Below are positions 57,771 to 64,000 of a stretch of 64,000 nucleotides of DNA, piece by piece. A model generated the notes under the pieces. That model was not told the DNA's origin. It was given only the letters and a program-made list of their open reading frames with translations, and did no database searches. Every line of letters starts with the position of its first letter. Position 1 is the first letter of the stretch. The position numbers and the translations under genes are program-made. Source of the DNA: Eledone cirrhosa (Eukaryota); assembly GCA_964016885.1 (NCBI GenBank), contig OZ024741.1, forward strand, positions 265,732,001 to 265,796,000, written 5' to 3'.

Positions 57771-57771
57771 C
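57283..57771. repeat. (TAC)n/(CAC)n trinucleotide array
   Basis: Directly visible. Confidence 0.92.
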
Positions 57772-58021
57772 AAAGTCCAAGTCATTGTGGCCTCTTGAAT
57801 CGATTAAGACATCTTCGGTCATTGTTACTGCTGAAAAAACAACCCCAACTGATTGATCTGATTCCAAGACAATGTCACCACTAAGTAACTCAATAGTCTC
57901 GTTGATGGAATGGTGAAGCTAAATATGACCAATAGAAAGGCGTTCCTTCTATTTATGCTATAAGTTTGTTCATTCTAAATCATATGCTACCAGTGCCTTG
58001 GGAAAGCAACACCGAATTTCA

Positions 58022-58080
58022 GCTGTCTGATGAGGTCATAGCTGTTGCATAACGGTTATCACCGAAATATATATAACAGT
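58022..58080 (+). ncRNA. Type I minimal hammerhead ribozyme
   Basis: gctgt-CTGATGA-ggtcatagctgtt-gcat-aacggttatcacc-GAAA-tatata-TA-acagt. Confidence 0.87.
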
Positions 58081-58126
58081 GACTATGATTAAACGAGGTT
58101 AACCTGTTGACTTATACTTCATGTTT

Positions 58127-58165
<39 letters not shown>

Positions 58166-58317
58166 ACGCAAAATCACAAGTCTTCCTTTTTGTTGACTGG
58201 TTTCCTTCTTTCTGTCTATAGGAATGAAGAGGAGAGGAGAAGAAAAGTGTGAGAGTGTGTGTGTGTAGAATCTGTACAAATGTTCTAACCTGCTTCCATT
58301 CAATATATATATATATG

Positions 58318-58448
<131 letters not shown>

Positions 58449-58621
58449 AAATATATATATATAAATATAATTATTATTATATTTCATTCAAAGTAAAGGA
58501 TGTCATGAATGATACACAAAATCAAACATATGTCTTGTTTCTAAAAACAGCTCAAGATAGAATTCAGAGAATAAAATCGAGCCTTAATATATATATATTT
58601 ATATATATATATTAAGGCTCG

Positions 58622-58700
<79 letters not shown>

Positions 58701-58922
58701 CGTGAAAGGTCTTTCTAAAAACGAAACAATACCTCCTACGTTAACCAAGAACTCCTAAGACCTAACCAACAACCAACAACTTAATTTATAAAATAATTTT
58801 TTTTAAGAAAAATTCTTTTTGGATTTTGTGAAGAAAATAAATTTGTTGAAAGCACAAGTGAAGCCATTTTTTCTTCCCCCCTATCTTAATATACCTAACT
58901 GTACCAAGGATTACACACATTT

Positions 58923-59009
<87 letters not shown>

Positions 59010-59651
59010 TTAATAAGTGTGCAAGTATAAGTATTATTGGTGATTTTATAGAAATAAAACACACGTATTAATTGTTTACATTTCTAATATGAGTTACGAA
59101 GGATGTTGATTTTACATTTTACATAAATATTTAAGAAAAAGACGTAGTTCAAATTGAACAATTTGTAGATTCAAATATTTTCATCCAACATTGAAAATGT
59201 TTTCAGAACATTGTTAATTTAGCGAAATTATATAATTTATTATGTCTATGTTTGCTCAATTGTAAAGGAAAAGATATTATTTGCTAACCATTAAATTTGA
59301 TGAATGATTTTCTTAGAAAGTATGTTGAGAAAATTATATATTATTTTGTGTGAGATTATAAGGTATTTTATATTACATGTTTTTCAAGGATGAGAATTTC
59401 TACTACATATTATCTACGTCGAAAGATGTGTGAAAAGTTTGAAGATTAAAGATAGGAAAAATGTATTATTAGATAAGTCAAGAGTGCATTTAGAAGAACT
59501 ATCGTAAGAACTATCATTTGCATATTCATCTTAATAATTTGAAATATTTGACTTTTCCGCTCTTTCCCCCCTTTTCTTTTACTATCGAGGAAAAACTTGA
59601 ACCGTTAAGATCTCCTTCCTGGATATGTCAATATTTATAAAACAAAGTTTG

Positions 59652-59712
59652 TATTTTATCTGATGAGAGCGTACCAAAGTTTTGGTACCCTTGAAATATA
59701 TATAATAGAATA
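59652..59712 (+). ncRNA. Type I minimal hammerhead ribozyme
   Basis: tattttat-CTGATGA-gagcgtaccaaa-gt-tttggtaccctt-GAAA-tatata-TA-atagaata. Confidence 0.87.
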
Positions 59713-59879
59713 AATATGGTTTTATAAATATAGTTTCCATTTATTAATATCATTATTATTATACTCCAGAAAATCTGTCGTGTACTTCGAATCAGTTATA
59801 AACATATATATTTGTTGAATTACCAACAAATTAAATATCCCCTTTGCTTATATATATTATATATATATACACACACACA

Positions 59880-60314
<435 letters not shown>

Positions 60315-60612
60315 GTGTGTATGTAAACATACATGTATGTATTTGTTTTCCATCAGTCTTGATCTGAAATCGTGTGTTGAAATAGATAGTGTTGTATTTT
60401 TGTGAGGGTCATGTTGCTAATGTACCACTTGGTTTTCGTTTAAGTTGTATTATGAATCTGGTAATTAATCCATCAATTAATTGATTAATCAACTAAATTA
60501 AATGTCATAGTTATTCCGTCACAATCTGTGAACATATCAATAACTGTTGTCCTTTGTGTCTCCCTTTTATCTACCTTCCAATTGTATTGCATCATTTTTC
60601 TCTGTTTATATA

Positions 60613-60727
60613 CAACGTGGCCCAAAAGTCATTAGACCATTTTAAAATATAACATTTTTACAATTGATTTTTTAATAAACAAAAAGATTCTATTTTAAAG
60701 TGGTCTAGTGACTTTTGGGCCACCTTG
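60613..60727. mobile_element. Tc1/mariner-type MITE with TA TSD
   Basis: TA-caacgtggcccaaaagtcattagaccattttaaaata ... tattttaaagtggtctagtgacttttgggccaccttg-TA. Confidence 0.85.
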
Positions 60728-60730
60728 TAT

Positions 60731-60784
<54 letters not shown>

Positions 60785-60828
60785 GCGCGCGCACACACAC
60801 ACACATACACACACACGCACACACACAC

Positions 60829-61079
60829 ATGCCTTTGAGAGAGATATATGCCAGCCTCCCACGCATATCTGGCGTTGTACGTAAGAGGAGAGTAAGATTT
60901 GCTGGGCACTGCCATCGTGCCATTTACGTGGTTGTGTCCCCATTAGGGCTTTGGAAAACATAAGCAGTTACTAATAACAGGGGGCGCAAGCTCTCCTATC
61001 CCGATGTCATCTCCAGAGATTCTGGTGTTGAAATCCAGGACATGGCAACGGCAATGAACGACAAACCCACGTGGAGATC
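60829..61079 (+). mobile_element. RTE LINE 3' fragment
   Basis: [48 protein letters not shown]. Confidence 0.78.
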
Positions 61080-61108
<29 letters not shown>

Positions 61109-61111
<3 letters not shown>

Positions 61112-62373
61112 GGCCTTGGCATCACTTTCGAACTTAACTCTAAAAAAGCTAACTTCTTAGATGTAACACTCAACCTAAACAGTAATAGAGCCCTTCCATA
61201 AAAATAACGAAAATCTAGCATACATTAGTTTTAACTTAAACCACCCTCGTTCCATAATTAACTCCATAACTCATAGTGTATCTCTCAGAATATCACGCTT
61301 ATCTTCTAACCTAGAGATGTTTAATGAACACGCGAACTACTATAACATAGCTTTACTTAAGGCAGTCCATAAGGAGGGGCTTATATACATACTAAATGGA
61401 GACAACAACAACAAACCTAACGACTGCTACACTACCCACACCTATAAAAATAGCAAATATAGGACTAAACATAGAAATAGACAACAGAAATAACTGAACC
61501 GAACACTAATATAGGGACCCCTAGGAACTATAGAAAATCAAGAGATAGGAAATACTTATGGTTCAATCCAATATTCAACTCGGCTATAAAAACCAAACTA
61601 CCTTCTACATTCTTTAAATTAGTTGACAAGCACTTCCCTAAACTACACAAATACCATAGAATCTTTAACAGAAAAACTATCAAACTCTCTTACTCTACTG
61701 CAGCCAACATAGAATCACACATACATAAAATCAACTATAGAAGAATCTCTAATGAAAATAACCTACCAACAAACACCATAACACCAAATACAAAACACAA
61801 ACACATAACAACATCACAACCACACACACGTCAGAACACATCACAACAAAACATCAACAAATCTAAATATCAGCCTATACATAACAGCATACAAAACCAC
61901 AACGGAGAACCTGCACACAGGAAGGCCTCCAAATGTAACTGCCACTTACCGGATAAGTGCCCACTACAAAATAGATGCCTGGAATCAAGTATAGTGTACT
62001 TGTGTACTATCAAGTCAGGCAACTTAGCATGGCACTACATAGGTTCTACGGTTGGGGAATTCAAAAACAGATGGTATGTTCACAGACATTCTATGAAGAA
62101 CCGTAGACTAGAGAACTCAACAACGCTGGCAAATAAAATAGGGCAGCTTAAAGACACAAACAGGATTAGCTGGTCGAAATTATCGGGAGCAAAGGCCTAC
62201 ACTTAACGGGATGTCCCACTGCGGACTTTGCAATATGGAACTGTTCCATATTTTTAAATATGATAAAATGCTGCTTAAGAGCAAAATAGAACGATCAATT
62301 TTCTGTAGGCACAAAGCAGCTACTAAATTCGCAAATTTCAAACCAACATCATTCGATCCAGCATTCCCATAAT
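61109..62373 (+). pseudogene. 5'-truncated, decayed Penelope-like element (RT end plus GIY-YIG), paralogous to 32045
   Basis: ANFLDVTLNL; CNCH..CPLQNRCL; HYIGSTVGEFKNRW..H; CGLC..E; multiple stops and frameshifts; starts at (TA)n. Confidence 0.88.
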
Positions 62374-63104
62374 TCAAGCTTAACCACCCGGAGTCTATTA
62401 TAATAACTACATACCACCCCACTATTATTAGCTGTCAACTGACCAACTAATCACTGAATCAACATCATAAATCTCCTAGCCTTTCTCTCACTCTCTCCCC
62501 CTAAAGCTATTTCACCCCCCACTCTCTGTATCCTATCCCATATCTCTTCCCCTTTCACTTAATTTCTAATTTATTATTTTTATCTTCTATCTGTTATTTG
62601 TTATTATATTTTTTCTTCCTATCTGAAATTCCCTCTGAAATTTAACCACTACATATGTGTATATATTTAATATTTATTTTCATATTAATAGTATTTATAC
62701 CCTCATCACATCTTTATACTTACTCACCAATATAACTTTAACCACCACCATCACCACCACTATTATGTTCATATTTTTTCACGTATATATATATTTTTTA
62801 CTTATTTTTTATCATCTTCATTCTAACTTCTTTATTATTTTTTTTTTATTTTTCTCTTTTTTTAAATTATTGATGTTGTTCGGATTCTCCGTTATATCTA
62901 TAAATTCAAAGACTATGTGTAAAGTATTTAGTATTCCGATGATTTGATCAGGCAAACACTGTATTTAAGGTCGAGTGACACAACTTTGAGTGATTAGCGG
63001 CCTTTAGACATACCTAATCAATGAAACAATTGGTAATACTGTAAACCCTTTTTGTAAAACCCTTTTTGTATAGCTGACCATGTTATTCTTCAATTTTTCA
63101 TTAT

Positions 63105-63159
<55 letters not shown>

Positions 63160-63165
63160 AATATA

Positions 63166-64000
63166 GTTTTGCGAGGTTTTTTATATGAAATCGTGTGTCG
63201 AAACAGATATTGTTATACTTGGGGAGGGTCATATTTGCGTAATATTGCCAGAATTAATAACAGAACACACTCACTGTTTGGTTGGTTTTCGCTTCTCGCT
63301 GTCTTTTATTATATCTGCGATCTAACTTACTCGGTCCTTAATGTTGCCATTGACTGACCGGCGGTCAAAAATAATACAGATACAATATAGACACAAACAC
63401 ATATATATATATATAGTTTACATAATTTACATAAATCTTTCGTTGCACATCTGCAACATCGTCAGTGGTGTTATATTCATTGTTCCTCCTGTTGTGTTGT
63501 ATGTCTACGCCATTTTTTTTTATTCAGTCTGTCTATATATTTATTTATTTATTTGCTTGTTTGTTTATCTTATTTTATTTTGTCTTCTTTGCGCATGCGT
63601 TTGCGTGTGTGTATAGTGTTATGTGTGATGTGTGACTAGTGTGTATAGTGTTGTGTCTGCTGGGTGACTAGTGTGTGTTTATGTGCTTGTTGTTATTGTG
63701 CTTGTGTATGTATTTATTTATCTTATTTTATTTTATTTTATTTACTTATTTATACTTCTCTTAGGTCAGTGTTGTTTGTTTGGGTGTTGTTGTTGTTCCA
63801 CTCATTCTTTCTGTTTAGCTTTGGTCTTCTAATTTCTATTTCACTGGCCTCTCTGATTTGCCTATCTGCTGGGTCATTCCTATGTTTAGATATTATTCTA
63901 ATTTCTATGTTGTCTATGTTACCGTCATGTTGTTGTCTAGCATCTTCGTATAGTACTGACCCGTTTTTTCGTCCTTTTAGTTCCCCCCATACGCCCCATA
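63166..64000 (-). mobile_element. Penelope-like element 3' end (GIY-YIG tail plus pLTR with HHR core 63429-63469); runs off the window
   Basis: Minus strand: SVLYEDARQQH..RQIREASEIEIRRPKLNRKNEW, homologous to 23680-23880; ends at (TA)n. Confidence 0.85.

Noticed and set aside
62980-63040. tgattag/ctaatca hairpin plus GAAAcaattg downstream of the decayed PLE
   Set aside because: The CUGANGA box and NUH are not recognisable.

Overview
Repeat-dominated eukaryotic (animal) genomic DNA. The extreme (TA)n/(CA)n/(CAC)n microsatellite load and the SINE types suggest an octopus or other coleoid cephalopod (inference, not verified). Almost all ORFs in the supplied track are microsatellite artefacts, and no host gene can be firmly identified. 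The recognisable coding sequences are retroelements: one near-full-length Penelope-like element (RT plus frameshifted GIY-YIG, 32045-34334), three truncated Penelope-like copies and four RTE-type LINE fragments. Also present are tRNA-derived SINEs with TSDs, non-autonomous Helitrons, Tc1/mariner and hAT MITEs, several minisatellites and a 200-N gap. The most striking signal is about 20 minimal hammerhead-ribozyme (HHR) motifs from several Penelope pLTR-like families, mostly embedded in (TA)n tracts. Many copies are converted into fold-back palindromes whose symmetry axis lies in an HHR helix, usually the helix II loop. Non-canonical HHR cores (U3:A8, A4), a long-helix-II HHR, a twin-priming-like Penelope insertion, SINE-carrying Helitrons and a possible minimal HDV-like ribozyme were also seen. 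All structures were folded by eye and none was tested computationally.
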